This document shows positions 17,897 to 26,516 of a stretch of 32,000 bases of DNA, one piece after another. Position 1 is the stretch's first letter. The number at the start of each line of letters is the position of its first letter. Under the pieces are notes generated by a model that searched no databases, was not told where the DNA came from, and was given only the letters and a program-made list of their open reading frames with translations. The stretch comes from Gemmata obscuriglobus (GTDB lineage Bacteria > Planctomycetota > Planctomycetia > Gemmatales > Gemmataceae): contig NZ_CP042911.1 in the NCBI RefSeq assembly GCF_008065095.1, positions 2,490,001-2,522,000 of the forward strand, written 5' to 3'. The translations under genes and the position numbers were made by a program.

Positions 17897-18139
17897 GTCA
17901 AAACGTGTCTTCGTGAATATGCGGCTCGGACGGGCCGACGCGCGCACACGACCAGCCGCTCATTCCATTCGCAATTCTTGTTCACGGTCCGGCACTGGTA
18001 TCTGTTCGGTTTTTGCCTTTGTGGCCCAGGCGTTCCTGTCCGGGCAACCTTCTCGCGCCGCTCAGGCCGGAACGTCTGGACCACAAGAAACAGACACTAC
18101 CAACCGGATCGCGTCCTCATACATGAACCCATCTGCGGT

Positions 18140-18228
18140 GCCGCTTTTCCTGACGAGCCGCGACCGCCAGGGAGCGGGGTACGTGGCACCGCTCCCTGGC
18201 GGTCGGCGCGCCCGTCAAGAAAAGCGGC
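18140..18228. repeat. Extended ~90-nt imperfect hairpin downstream of the USP gene
   Basis: The inner 17-bp stem is perfect: CGACCGCCAGGGAGCGG (18161-18177) / CCGCTCCCTGGCGGTCG (18189-18205). The outer arms GCCGCTTTTCCTGACG (18140-18155) / CGTCAAGAAAAGCGGC (18213-18228) have one mismatch. Confidence 0.75.
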
Positions 18229-18271
18229 AGTAGTACCGGGTACGCGTATCAGTCGGTCGGATCGGCACGGG

Positions 18272-18763
18272 TTACGTCGGGACGGGTTGAGTCGGTATAC
18301 GCATCGTCAGCACCGGGCATTCAGCCTTCCGCATCACGCTTTCCGCCACGCTCCCGACCAGCAGCCGCGTCAGCCCGCTGGTGCCGTGAGTCGCCATCAC
18401 GACCATGTCCGCTTTCACGTCCGTCGCCAGTTTCAAGATCTGCTCCGCCGGGTCGCCCTTGAGGAGCCGGTAGTACGCGTGAAGGCCGGGGCTGGTGGGG
18501 TGCATCCGGGCGAGCTGGTCACACGCCTCACCCGGCTCCTCCGTGGGGAACGGGACGACCGCCCCGTTCGGGGCGAACACGTGCCCCGGCGCGATCACGT
18601 GGGCGACGATCAGCGTCGCCCGGTAGTCGCGGGCCAGCGCGCAGGCCAGGTCGAACGCCGACCGCGCCGCGTCCGAGAAGTCGGTCGGGTAAAGGACAGT
18701 GCGGATCGGAAGCACGGCGGGTTCCTCTTGAAGTGACGCGAGGGATGGCGAACCGGCCGCCAT
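18272..18763 (-). CDS. Universal stress protein (UspA family)
   Basis: Motifs IRTVLYPTDFSDAARSAFDLA, ...LIVAHV..., DMVVMATHGTSGLTRLLVGSVAESVMRKAECPVLTMR (G-x2-G-x9-G(S/T) ATP-binding type). Confidence 0.85.
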   Translation of the reverse strand: MAAGSPSLASLQEEPAVLPIRTVLYPTDFSDAARSAFDLACALARDYRATLIVAHVIAPGHVFAPNGAVVPFPTEEPGEACDQLARMHPTSPGLHAYYRLLKGDPAEQILKLATDVKADMVVMATHGTSGLTRLLVGSVAESVMRKAECPVLTMRIPTQPVPT

Positions 18764-18764
18764 T

Positions 18765-19223
18765 TTATCGCACCGCGACCGCCGGTGCGGGCACCGGTCG
18801 GGAGCTGATGCGCTCTTCGCGCAGGTGCTGGTGGCACCGCACGCAGGTGAGCGTGAGATCGACGTAAGCGAGCGCCGCGGCGTCGATGTTCTTGTCCTTC
18901 GCGGCCTTTTTGAGGTTCTCGGACCGGCGGATGAACTCGTTGGTGTGCATCAGGTACTTTTCGGTCTCGTTGATCTTCCAGGTCACGTCTTTGGCGCAGT
19001 CCATCAGCCCGTCGGCGCCGCTGCCGATCTTGGCGAAGTCGTTCATCGCCAGCCCCTCCAGCACCCGCTGCGAGTGGGTCAGTTTGCGCTGCATCACGGT
19101 CGGCTTTTTCGGTTCGGCCTTCTCTTTCGGCTGCGGCTTCTCGTCCGCCCACCCGGCCCCGACCAGCGTAACTGCGGTTGCGACGACGGCGGCCCACAAC
19201 GCGACTCGAACGAACGGCTTCAT
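18765..19223 (-). CDS. Class II (c-prime / c556-like) four-helix-bundle cytochrome c
   Basis: Start trimmed to ATG 19223 (MKPFVRVALWAAVVATAVTLVGAG signal). A single CVRCH heme motif lies ~20 aa from the C-terminus of a ~125-aa helical mature protein. The stop TAA is separated by 1 nt from the USP ATG. Confidence 0.55.
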   Translation of the reverse strand: MKPFVRVALWAAVVATAVTLVGAGWADEKPQPKEKAEPKKPTVMQRKLTHSQRVLEGLAMNDFAKIGSGADGLMDCAKDVTWKINETEKYLMHTNEFIRRSENLKKAAKDKNIDAAALAYVDLTLTCVRCHQHLREERISSRPVPAPAVAVR

Positions 19224-19450
19224 CAGCTTCTCCCGGTCGGGGTGCCGCAGCGTCGCCGGTGAAATCCGGGCCGTGGTGCGGCAGTGCGAGCGGAAAAGCA
19301 ACTCGGGGGCCGGGCGCGCAGAAAGTGTGGCAAACGTGTGAAGTGCTGGTTTTTCGGTTCAATCGTGTGAGACGTGGCTGCTCCCTTCTCGCCTGCCGTG
19401 TGCGATTGTGGCACACGGCGGGCGAGAAGAGACGGAACCGCACACCGCGC

Positions 19451-19936
19451 TCAGGCGGCGTCCCCTTTAACGGATGGGGGGGCGGCCCGGTCGCACCACG
19501 CGATCACGGCGTCCAACTCGCGGATCGTGGCGTCGCGGTCTGTAACCGCCGCGCGCTCGACGGGGGGGAGGCCCGTGCGGGCGGCGATCCGGTCCGCGAG
19601 CCGGTGAACTTTCATCAGCACGAACGCCGACCCGGGGCCTTCCGATCGCCGGAACACGGCCCGGAGAGCGCGGCACCAGATGACGAGTCGCTCGGGGATG
19701 TTCTGAGTCGGTTCCGGGAAACGCGAGTCGTTGTGGGCGGCGGTGTACTCGCGCAGTGCCGCACGGAACGCCTCGAACGCCTTTTGTCGCGCCTGGAGGT
19801 CGGCGGCGGAGGTGGCGGTCTTGGCCGGGTCGTCCCGGTGGTTCTCCCACCGGGCCTGGAGGTCGAGTATGCGGGCGAGCGCGGTCGCCTGCTCGGCACT
19901 CAGTTTCTCGGCGGCGCTTTCGCTCAACTGCGGCAT
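19451..19936 (-). CDS. Hypothetical protein
   Basis: Protein-like helical sequence from MPQLSESAAEKLSAEQATALARILDL onwards. The upstream 52 codons of ORF 19451..20092 look non-coding. The start is uncertain (ATG 19936 or 19984). Confidence 0.5.
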   Translation of the reverse strand: MPQLSESAAEKLSAEQATALARILDLQARWENHRDDPAKTATSAADLQARQKAFEAFRAALREYTAAHNDSRFPEPTQNIPERLVIWCRALRAVFRRSEGPGSAFVLMKVHRLADRIAARTGLPPVERAAVTDRDATIRELDAVIAWCDRAAPPSVKGDAA

Positions 19937-20324
19937 GGTCGCTTTCGCGGGTTGAGTAACGGAGGGGCCTTGTACCCCTCTCATCGGTTCGGACGGTTCC
20001 GAGGGTCCATAGCGAAGAATGGAAAGTGAGGAAAGCCGGGTTGTTCGCTCCGCACATCCGTCCCGTGAGTCAGGTGGCAAGAAGGTTCGCAACCTCGGTC
20101 GAACGGACGGTTGCCCGGTAACCGTTACAAAATCGGTTCCGACACGCTCCGAGTGGGACGAGTGCGAACTGCTTGGAATTGCAGCAGTTGATGACAGGGA
20201 ACGGAGAAACTGGCAGACCTTGGCACAGCGTCTGCTTTAATTCTCCTCGTCGAAAAACAAGTCGGGCCGAGTCCCCCTGGCCCGCCCAACATACCTCACG
20301 ACCCATCCCCAACCCTATCAACGA

Positions 20325-20359
20325 GAGCCGGCGGCTTCGGTCGCCGGCTCCTTCTTTTT
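20325..20359 (+). terminator. Rho-independent terminator with a C(UUCG)G tetraloop
   Basis: GAGCCGGCG G C TTCG G T CGCCGGCTC (20325-20350), followed by CTTCTTTTT. The T-tract is on the + strand only. No + strand CDS lies upstream. Confidence 0.75.
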
Positions 20360-20538
20360 AAAGTGTTCTGTGCGGGTGCGTGGCGAAGGTGAAGGGCTGT
20401 GAGGTGCCGCTTTGGGGCGGTCGAGATACGAGCGTGTGAGGAACTGGTTCGCTCACCGAGGGGCATAGTCGGTTTGAAAGCGGCCTTGAAAGAACTCGTG
20501 AAGCGATCGGGGAATGGATGCCGGCGTAAACGAATCGA

Positions 20539-20573
20539 GCCGGCTCGCCTCAGCTTTTGCGAGGCAAACCGGC
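20539..20573 (-). terminator. Candidate rpsU terminator hairpin
   Basis: GCCGGCTCGCCTC (20539-20551) pairs imperfectly with GAGGCAAACCGGC (20561-20573), 25 nt downstream of the rpsU stop. The U-tract is only weak (TCGATTCGTTT on the - strand). Confidence 0.35.
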
Positions 20574-20598
20574 CTTCTGATTCGTTCGGTCGGGACGC

Positions 20599-20820
20599 TT
20601 AGTACGAGCGTTCCTTCTTGACCGCCGGCTTGCCCATCGCGGCGCGCTTGATGGCGTTGCGGCGCTTGGCTTCCTTACGGTTCCGTGCCTCGCACGGCTT
20701 CTCGTAGTACTCATGGGCACGCAGCTCACGCTTCAGCCCGCTGCGTTCGACCAGCTTTTTGAACCGCCGGAGAGCCGCCCCGATCGGCTCCCGGTCGTGA
20801 ACACGCATGCGCAGTCCCAT
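20599..20820 (-). CDS. rpsU: 30S ribosomal protein S21
   Basis: The sequence V.....EPIGAALRRFKKLVERSGLKRELRAHEYYEKPCEARNRKEAKRRNAIKR matches the S21 family pattern. GGGAGG lies upstream of ATG 20820. Confidence 0.9.
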   Translation of the reverse strand: MGLRMRVHDREPIGAALRRFKKLVERSGLKRELRAHEYYEKPCEARNRKEAKRRNAIKRAAMGKPAVKKERSY

Positions 20821-21032
20821 TCAGCCTCCCGATTGTGGTGACAGAAGAGGATGATACGAGTAGGCGGGCGAATGTGCCACTCATTTTCCCGTTTTTTGTG
20901 CTGCGAGCCTTGCGCTTCAAGCTTGACAGCCCGTCGGGCATCCGCTATCCCTCGCGACTCTTGAGTAGAGCAGACCCGGGCCGCCCGGTTCGGGGGAGTG
21001 ACGGGCGCCCGATTCGCTGGAGGAAGTCCGAG

Positions 21033-22136
21033 ATGCGCAAATCGATTCGCGGGGTCGCGGCCCTGGTTCTGGGATCGGCCCTGACGGCGACGGCCGCGGC
21101 CCAGCCGCCCCAACCGCCCGCGGGCGCGCCCCCGGTGACGCCGACCGCGCCGGTGGGGGGGCCGGGCGCCGCCATGTCGGGCCTCGCGCCGTCGGTCACG
21201 CCCACCCCGAAGCCGCCCGAGGTGCGCCCCACCGGCAACGCCGCGGTGGTCAACGGCAAGCCCATCCCCGAGGTGGCGGTGTACCGCGCGCTGCGCCAGT
21301 TCCCGGAACAGCACCGGGACATGGCCCGCAAAGAGATCATGGCCCACCTGATCGAGAACGCGCTGATCGACGAGTACCTCACGGCGCTCAAGACCACCGT
21401 CGACGAGAAGGACGTGGAGAAGCTCATCGCGGACCTGAAGAAGGAGCTGACCGAGGCCAAGAAGGACTACGCGAAAGAGCTCGAAGCGATGATGCTCACC
21501 GAGGCCGAGTTCCGGAGCGAGGTGACGGCCCAGATGAAGTGGGAGAAGTTCGTCCAGCAGCAGGGCACCGACGCCGCCCTGAAGCAACTGTTCGAGAGCA
21601 GCCCGGACGTGTTCGACGGCACCATGGTGCGCGCCCGCCACATCCTCATGACCCCGGGCACCGACGAGGCGAAGCGGAAGGACGCGGACCAGAAGCTCCG
21701 CGGGATCAAGCAGGCGGTGGAGCAGGAGGCCGCGAAGGCGGTGGCCGCGCTGCCCGCCACCGCGGACGCGGTCGCGAAGGAGCAGGCCCGGGTGAGCAAG
21801 ACGGACGAGATGTTCGCGGCGTACGCGAAGGGGTACAGCACCTGCCCGTCGAAGAAGGACGGCGGCGACCTGAACTTCTTCCCCCGCGCCGGGGCGATGG
21901 TGGAGCCGTTCGCGAAGGCCGCGTTCGCGCTCAAGCCGTACCAGATGAGCGACGTGGTCGCCACCGAGTTCGGCTACCACCTGATCCTCGTCACCCAGCG
22001 CCGCCAGGGCACCCCGAAGAAGTTCGAGGACAAGGGCGTGAAGGAAGACGTCCAGATGCTGTACGCGATGCGGCTCCGCGAGTCGGTGATCGCGATGATG
22101 AAGCCGAAGGCGCAGATCACCATCACCCCGAAGTGA
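21033..22136 (+). CDS. Secreted parvulin-type peptidyl-prolyl cis-trans isomerase (SurA/PrsA-like)
   Basis: Start moved to ATG 21033 (GGAGGAAG upstream; MRKSIRGVAALVLGSALTATAAAQ signal). The rotamase domain reads RARHILM...YSTCPSKKDGGDLNFFPRAGAMVEPFAKAAFALKPYQMSDVVATEFGYHLILV. Confidence 0.85.
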   Translation: MRKSIRGVAALVLGSALTATAAAQPPQPPAGAPPVTPTAPVGGPGAAMSGLAPSVTPTPKPPEVRPTGNAAVVNGKPIPEVAVYRALRQFPEQHRDMARKEIMAHLIENALIDEYLTALKTTVDEKDVEKLIADLKKELTEAKKDYAKELEAMMLTEAEFRSEVTAQMKWEKFVQQQGTDAALKQLFESSPDVFDGTMVRARHILMTPGTDEAKRKDADQKLRGIKQAVEQEAAKAVAALPATADAVAKEQARVSKTDEMFAAYAKGYSTCPSKKDGGDLNFFPRAGAMVEPFAKAAFALKPYQMSDVVATEFGYHLILVTQRRQGTPKKFEDKGVKEDVQMLYAMRLRESVIAMMKPKAQITITPK

Positions 22137-22163
22137 TCGGGCACCGGATTCAGTGAGTTCGAG

Positions 22164-22196
22164 GCGCCCGCGGACCCGGTCCGCGGGCGTTTCTTT
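22164..22196 (+). terminator. Rho-independent terminator of the PPIase gene
   Basis: CGCCCGCGGA (22164-22173), loop CCCGG, TCCGCGGGCG (22179-22188), then TTTCTTTT. Confidence 0.8.
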
Positions 22197-22444
22197 TGCG
22201 CGCTGACCTCACCGCAATACAGGTTTCAATCGCCTGGGCACCGGAACGGGTACGAGCACTTCACCGCGGCGCAGTTAAAATCATTCCGGGAGCGGTGTAA
22301 CGTCGGCGTTTGCGTTCTTCGACCTCAGGTAGGCGCTTTGCGTTCGCGTTCGTGCTGGTGGCGCTAATTCGCGACGACGGCCCGAACGAGCGAACCGCGA
22401 AGCCCGCGGAAGTTGAGAAGAAGTGGTCCGCCTCGCCATGAGAC

Positions 22445-22864
22445 CTACGCTCCCGCGTTCGGATGCCGAAGAAGGAACGAAAGATACCCCACGAGGGGCG
22501 AATCGGGATTGGAGGCCAGTTGCTGGAAAAAAGCCGCGAGTTCTTCCTTGGAAGAGAACTGTGCGGTGACGCGATCCTCCGTCCAGTTGGCGTACTGAGT
22601 GATTGGAAAGCCCTTCTTCGGTACCCCAAAGCACGCCACCGTGCGCCCCTGGGGGGCACCGTTCCGCGTTACGTCGAGATTGTACCGCGTTTCGGTCTCA
22701 TCACCTGTCATGACCTTGAGGCGGACGGTCGCCTGATTTTTCGTCACTGCCTCAGTCGCCTTGGCTATTTCAACCGCAGACGTGTGTAAGGCATTGCTTG
22801 CTTCGTTAACGTCTTCCTCGGTCTCTTGTAGCGAAGCCCGCAGCAAGTCTTCCAGTGTGGGCAT
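22445..22864 (-). CDS. Hypothetical protein (139 aa) in an AT-richer pocket
   Basis: Non-repetitive, protein-like composition (MPTLEDLLRASLQETEEDVNEA...). I recognise no motif. Confidence 0.45.
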   Translation of the reverse strand: MPTLEDLLRASLQETEEDVNEASNALHTSAVEIAKATEAVTKNQATVRLKVMTGDETETRYNLDVTRNGAPQGRTVACFGVPKKGFPITQYANWTEDRVTAQFSSKEELAAFFQQLASNPDSPLVGYLSFLLRHPNAGA

Positions 22865-22970
22865 GGGTTAACTCGCAGGGAAAATGATTCGTCCTGTAAT
22901 GGGCAGATGGTCGGAGAGGCCACTTGCAACACCGGACAGCCAAGTGAAGGCTTCTGGCTTCCCACCCGCC

Positions 22971-23297
22971 TCAATGCACTCGGGCAAGGCGGTGAAACAC
23001 GGCGACCTGAAACTGCGCACCCGGGGCCGCGTCCGGGAATATCAGCTCGTAACCGGACAACGCCCGATTGCGCAATTCCTCGGCCGCGGTCGCCGTGATT
23101 TCGCCGAGTCCCAAGACGTCAGGCGCTTGGGTCGCAACGAGGTGCTGAAGCGCGGCATCGACCCGGGCGCACTTCTCGGCATAGGCCGGTGGTTCAAGCG
23201 GCCAACGCTCTTGGCCCGCGCGGCTCGCGTCGTAGTGCGCGAAATTGTTGACGTTCCACCAGGCGAACCGGATCGCAGGCAGCACATTGGGCGACAT
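22971..23297 (-). pseudogene. N-terminal fragment of an endonuclease/exonuclease/phosphatase (EEP) family protein
   Basis: IRFAWWNVNNF (EEP motif I Asn) and PDVLGLGEI (catalytic Glu motif) are present. The ORF stops after 108 aa, and the later EEP Asp/His motifs are absent in all frames downstream. Confidence 0.45.
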
Positions 23298-23336
23298 CGC
23301 TCGCGCCGGGTTGGAGCAACGGGGCGGGTTCCACGT

Positions 23337-24401
23337 TTAACGTATCGCCCGGTGCTGGCGCAGGGCATCGAGGGTGCGGCGCATGTCCGGCGGGAGCGGC
23401 GCCTCGGCCTCGATCCACTGCCCGGTGCGCGGGTGCTGGAACCGCAGCCGGAACGCGTGCAGCGCCTGCCGCCCCAGCAGCACCTCGTCCTCTGCCGGGG
23501 GCGTGCCGGGGGCGATCTCCGATAACTTCACCTGGGCGCGCCCGCCGTAGATCTTGTCCGCCAGCACCGCGCACCCCACGTGCAGCAGGTGGACGCGGAT
23601 CTGGTGCGTGCGGCCCGTCCGCGGCTGCACCTTCACCAGCGTGAACCCGCGGAACCGCTCCAGCACCTCGTAGTAGCTCAGCGCGTGCTTCGCGTCCGGG
23701 TCCGTGGAGACGATCATCTTCAGCCGGTCGTAGGGGTGCATCTTCAGCGCCCCCTCGATGTAGTCCGAGTCGCGCTCCAGCTCCCCCGCGGCGATCGCCA
23801 CGTACTCCTTGAACACCTTCCGCGACTCGAACTGCATCGCCAGATCGCGGTGCGTCAGGTCGTCCTTCGCCACCAGGATGACGCCGCTCGTGTCCTTGTC
23901 GAGCCGGTGGACGATGCCCGCACGCAGGTGCCCGGCCCCGGTGCTCAAATGCTCGCGGAAGTGCCACTGGAGCGCGTTCACCAGCGTGCCGGACCAGTTC
24001 CCCTTGGCCGGGTGGACCACCATGTCCGCCGGCTTGTTCACCAGCGCCAGCCACTCGTCCTGGTACAGGATGTCGAGCGGGATGTCCTCGGGCACCGGGA
24101 TCTCGTGCGTCGGCTCCGGCATCGTGACGTGCAGCCGGTCGTTCTTGCGCACCTTGTAGCTGGGCTTCAGCACGGGGCGGCCGTTGAGCAGCACCCCGCC
24201 GCTCTCGATGGCCCTCTGCACGACCGAGCGGCTCCAGTCGGCCCCGAGGTGGAGCTGCACGTACTGGTCGAGGCGCATCCCCTCGGACTTGACCATCACG
24301 AGCAGGTCGAGCGGCTCGCGGAACCGCACGCTGGGCGTGACCGGGGCGGGCTCGGCGCCCGGGGCGATGAGGTCGTCTTCCAGCTCTTCGGGCTCGGACA
24401 T
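23337..24401 (-). CDS. rluD: RluA-family 23S rRNA pseudouridine synthase (RluD-like)
   Basis: Start trimmed to ATG 24401 (MSEPEELEDD). An S4-like N-terminal domain (MRLDQYV...SRSVVQRAIESGGVLLNG) is followed by the catalytic HRLDKDTSGVILVAK and PRTGRTHQIRVHL. Confidence 0.9.
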   Translation of the reverse strand: MSEPEELEDDLIAPGAEPAPVTPSVRFREPLDLLVMVKSEGMRLDQYVQLHLGADWSRSVVQRAIESGGVLLNGRPVLKPSYKVRKNDRLHVTMPEPTHEIPVPEDIPLDILYQDEWLALVNKPADMVVHPAKGNWSGTLVNALQWHFREHLSTGAGHLRAGIVHRLDKDTSGVILVAKDDLTHRDLAMQFESRKVFKEYVAIAAGELERDSDYIEGALKMHPYDRLKMIVSTDPDAKHALSYYEVLERFRGFTLVKVQPRTGRTHQIRVHLLHVGCAVLADKIYGGRAQVKLSEIAPGTPPAEDEVLLGRQALHAFRLRFQHPRTGQWIEAEAPLPPDMRRTLDALRQHRAIR

Positions 24402-24496
24402 GGTGCCCCCGGGAACGGATGAGCCCCCCTGATTCTCAGCTCGGCAGGAATCAGGGAGGCTCGCGTTCCGTGTTCGGTTCGGGTTGTCGGCGACGG

Positions 24497-25339
24497 TCAC
24501 GGCCCGCCGGGGAGCCCCGGGAGGCCGGCGCCGAACGGGTTGTCGATCGGCGACTTGGGGGCGAGCCCCGGGTCGATCGGCTTGGGCATGGTGTACGCGC
24601 GGTCTTGCAGGTCGATCACCTGCCGCGGGTTGCTCCGCAGCGACTCGGCGAGCTTCTTCGCGTCCTTGCTCCACTCCGTATCGGGGACGGCTTCGGCCAG
24701 CTTCTCCAGGTACTCGGCCGCCTTGGCCGGGTCCCCGCGGTACTGGTCCGGGGCGCCGTCCTTCGGCATCCCGACCAGTGCGGCCTCGCCCTTCGCGGCG
24801 CCACGGAGGCAGACCGCCTTCATGATCGGGTCGTCCTTGTACGCGTCGGCGAGCTTCAGGAACGAGTCGCGGGCCTTCTCGACGTTGTCGACCGCCTCTT
24901 TGCGGCGGGCGGGGTCGGTCAGGCTGAACCGCTCGATGCCCTCCGGCCCGAGGAGCGCGCGGGCCGTTTCGACTTCCGCGAGCCGGGCCTGCACCGTGTC
25001 CGGGTTCTTCTTGGCGAACTCCTCGAGCGACGACACCGACGCGGACCCGCTCAGCCCGTCGAACTCGGTCCACCGCCCGGACTCAACTTTGAAGTTGCTC
25101 CGGGTGATGTAAATGGTGGTGCCGACGACCGCCGCCACGACGAGCGTGACGGCCATCGCCCGGTAGCTGATGAGTTCGCCCTTGGTGAACTGCTCCCAGC
25201 CGGTGCTCAGGGCGGTCGCCAGCGCGTTCGGTTCGGCCGGCGGTTCCGGGGGCGCCGCCGGCGCAGCCGGGGCCGTGGGCGCGGTCGGGGCCGTCGGGGC
25301 GGTGGCTGCGGTCGTGGGTGGCGTCGGTTCCGTGCTCAT
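24497..25339 (-). CDS. Single-pass membrane protein with a Pro/Ala/Thr-rich N-terminus and a helical-repeat C-terminal domain
   Basis: The N-terminus reads MSTEPTPPTTAATAPTAPTAPTAPAAPAAPPEPPAEP. The TM is AMAVTLVVAAVVGTTIYI. The helical part is rich in A/K/E/D. No enzymatic motif. Confidence 0.65.
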   Translation of the reverse strand: MSTEPTPPTTAATAPTAPTAPTAPAAPAAPPEPPAEPNALATALSTGWEQFTKGELISYRAMAVTLVVAAVVGTTIYITRSNFKVESGRWTEFDGLSGSASVSSLEEFAKKNPDTVQARLAEVETARALLGPEGIERFSLTDPARRKEAVDNVEKARDSFLKLADAYKDDPIMKAVCLRGAAKGEAALVGMPKDGAPDQYRGDPAKAAEYLEKLAEAVPDTEWSKDAKKLAESLRSNPRQVIDLQDRAYTMPKPIDPGLAPKSPIDNPFGAGLPGLPGGP

Positions 25340-25519
25340 TTAGCGCTCTCGGCACACCAGTGAAGACATCGCGGCCGGCACAAACGGATCATCCGGCAGA
25401 TTGAGTTGATGATATGGCCCCCCTCAGAAGGGGTCAACGGAAGTGCGGGGCGGGCGACGCCGGGTCCGAACGCCGTCCAATACAATGAGTTGGAACACGC
25501 ACCTTAACGAGGGCGGCGC

Positions 25520-26434
25520 ATGCTGGGGCGGTTTTTCAAAGGCATCAAGGCGGGGCTGACCAAGACGAAGAGCGTCTTCGGCGGCGTGTTCGACCTGCTC
25601 CGCGGCAAGGGGCGGGTCGATGAGGCGTTCCTTGAGGAGCTTGAAAAGCGCCTGTACCTCGCGGACGTGGGCACCCAGGCCACGCTGCTGATCGTGGACC
25701 GGGTCCGGCAGGGGTTCCGCGACAAGGAGATCACCGGCGAGATCGAGACGTTCGTGAAGGCGCAGCTCCGCGAGCTGCTCACCGACCCGTCCCCGGGGCT
25801 GAACTACCAGGCTTCCGGCCCGACGGTCGTCATGATCGCCGGCGTGAACGGCTCGGGCAAAACCACGTCCATCGCGAAGCTGGCGAACCGGCTCCAGGCG
25901 GACGGCAAGAAGGTGCTGCTGGCCGCGTGCGACACGTTCCGGGCCGCCGCCGTCGAGCAGCTCACGGTGTGGGCCGGGCGGCTGGGCTGCGACATCGTGA
26001 AGCAGGGGCAGAACGCCGACCCCTCGGCGGTGGCGCACGACGCCTGCGAGAAGGCCAAGGCCCGCGGGTTCGACGTGCTCATCGTGGACACCGCCGGGCG
26101 GCTCCACACGCAGACGCACCTCATGAAGGAGCTGGAAAAGATCCACCGGATCGTGACCCGGCAGATCCCCGGCGCCCCGCACGAGGTGCTCATGGTGCTG
26201 GACGCCACGACGGGCCAGAACGCGCTGGTTCAGGCCGAGCAGTTCTCGAAGTCCGTCAAGTGCACCGGCATCATCCTGTCGAAGCTCGACGGGACGGCGA
26301 AGGGCGGGGCGGTGTTCGCGATCAAGCAGAAGCTCGGCCTGCCGGTCAAGTTCGTCGGCCTCGGCGAGAAGATCGAGGACATGGAGCCGTTCGACCCGGA
26401 CGCCTTCGTGACCGCGCTGTTCGAGAAAGAATAG
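25520..26434 (+). CDS. ftsY: Signal recognition particle receptor FtsY (NG domain only)
   Basis: [15 protein letters not shown] (G1), DTAGRLH (G3), [10 protein letters not shown] (G4), [22 protein letters not shown]. Confidence 0.95.
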   Translation: MLGRFFKGIKAGLTKTKSVFGGVFDLLRGKGRVDEAFLEELEKRLYLADVGTQATLLIVDRVRQGFRDKEITGEIETFVKAQLRELLTDPSPGLNYQASGPTVVMIAGVNGSGKTTSIAKLANRLQADGKKVLLAACDTFRAAAVEQLTVWAGRLGCDIVKQGQNADPSAVAHDACEKAKARGFDVLIVDTAGRLHTQTHLMKELEKIHRIVTRQIPGAPHEVLMVLDATTGQNALVQAEQFSKSVKCTGIILSKLDGTAKGGAVFAIKQKLGLPVKFVGLGEKIEDMEPFDPDAFVTALFEKE

Positions 26435-26516
26435 GAAGGGCGTTGTTACCGTGGCGCGGTAAACCTCGCCGCGCGTGCGAAAGCTGGCACCGCGTTCAAT
26501 TGCAGATCAATTCTCA

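Noticed and set aside
25250-25330. Short-period DNA repeat (GGGGCCGT/GGGCGCGGT-type units) as a possible tandem repeat locus.
   Set aside because: It is simply the coding image of the Ala/Pro/Thr-rich N-terminus (TAPTAPTAPAAPAAP) of the membrane protein 24497..25339. It is imperfect and in frame.
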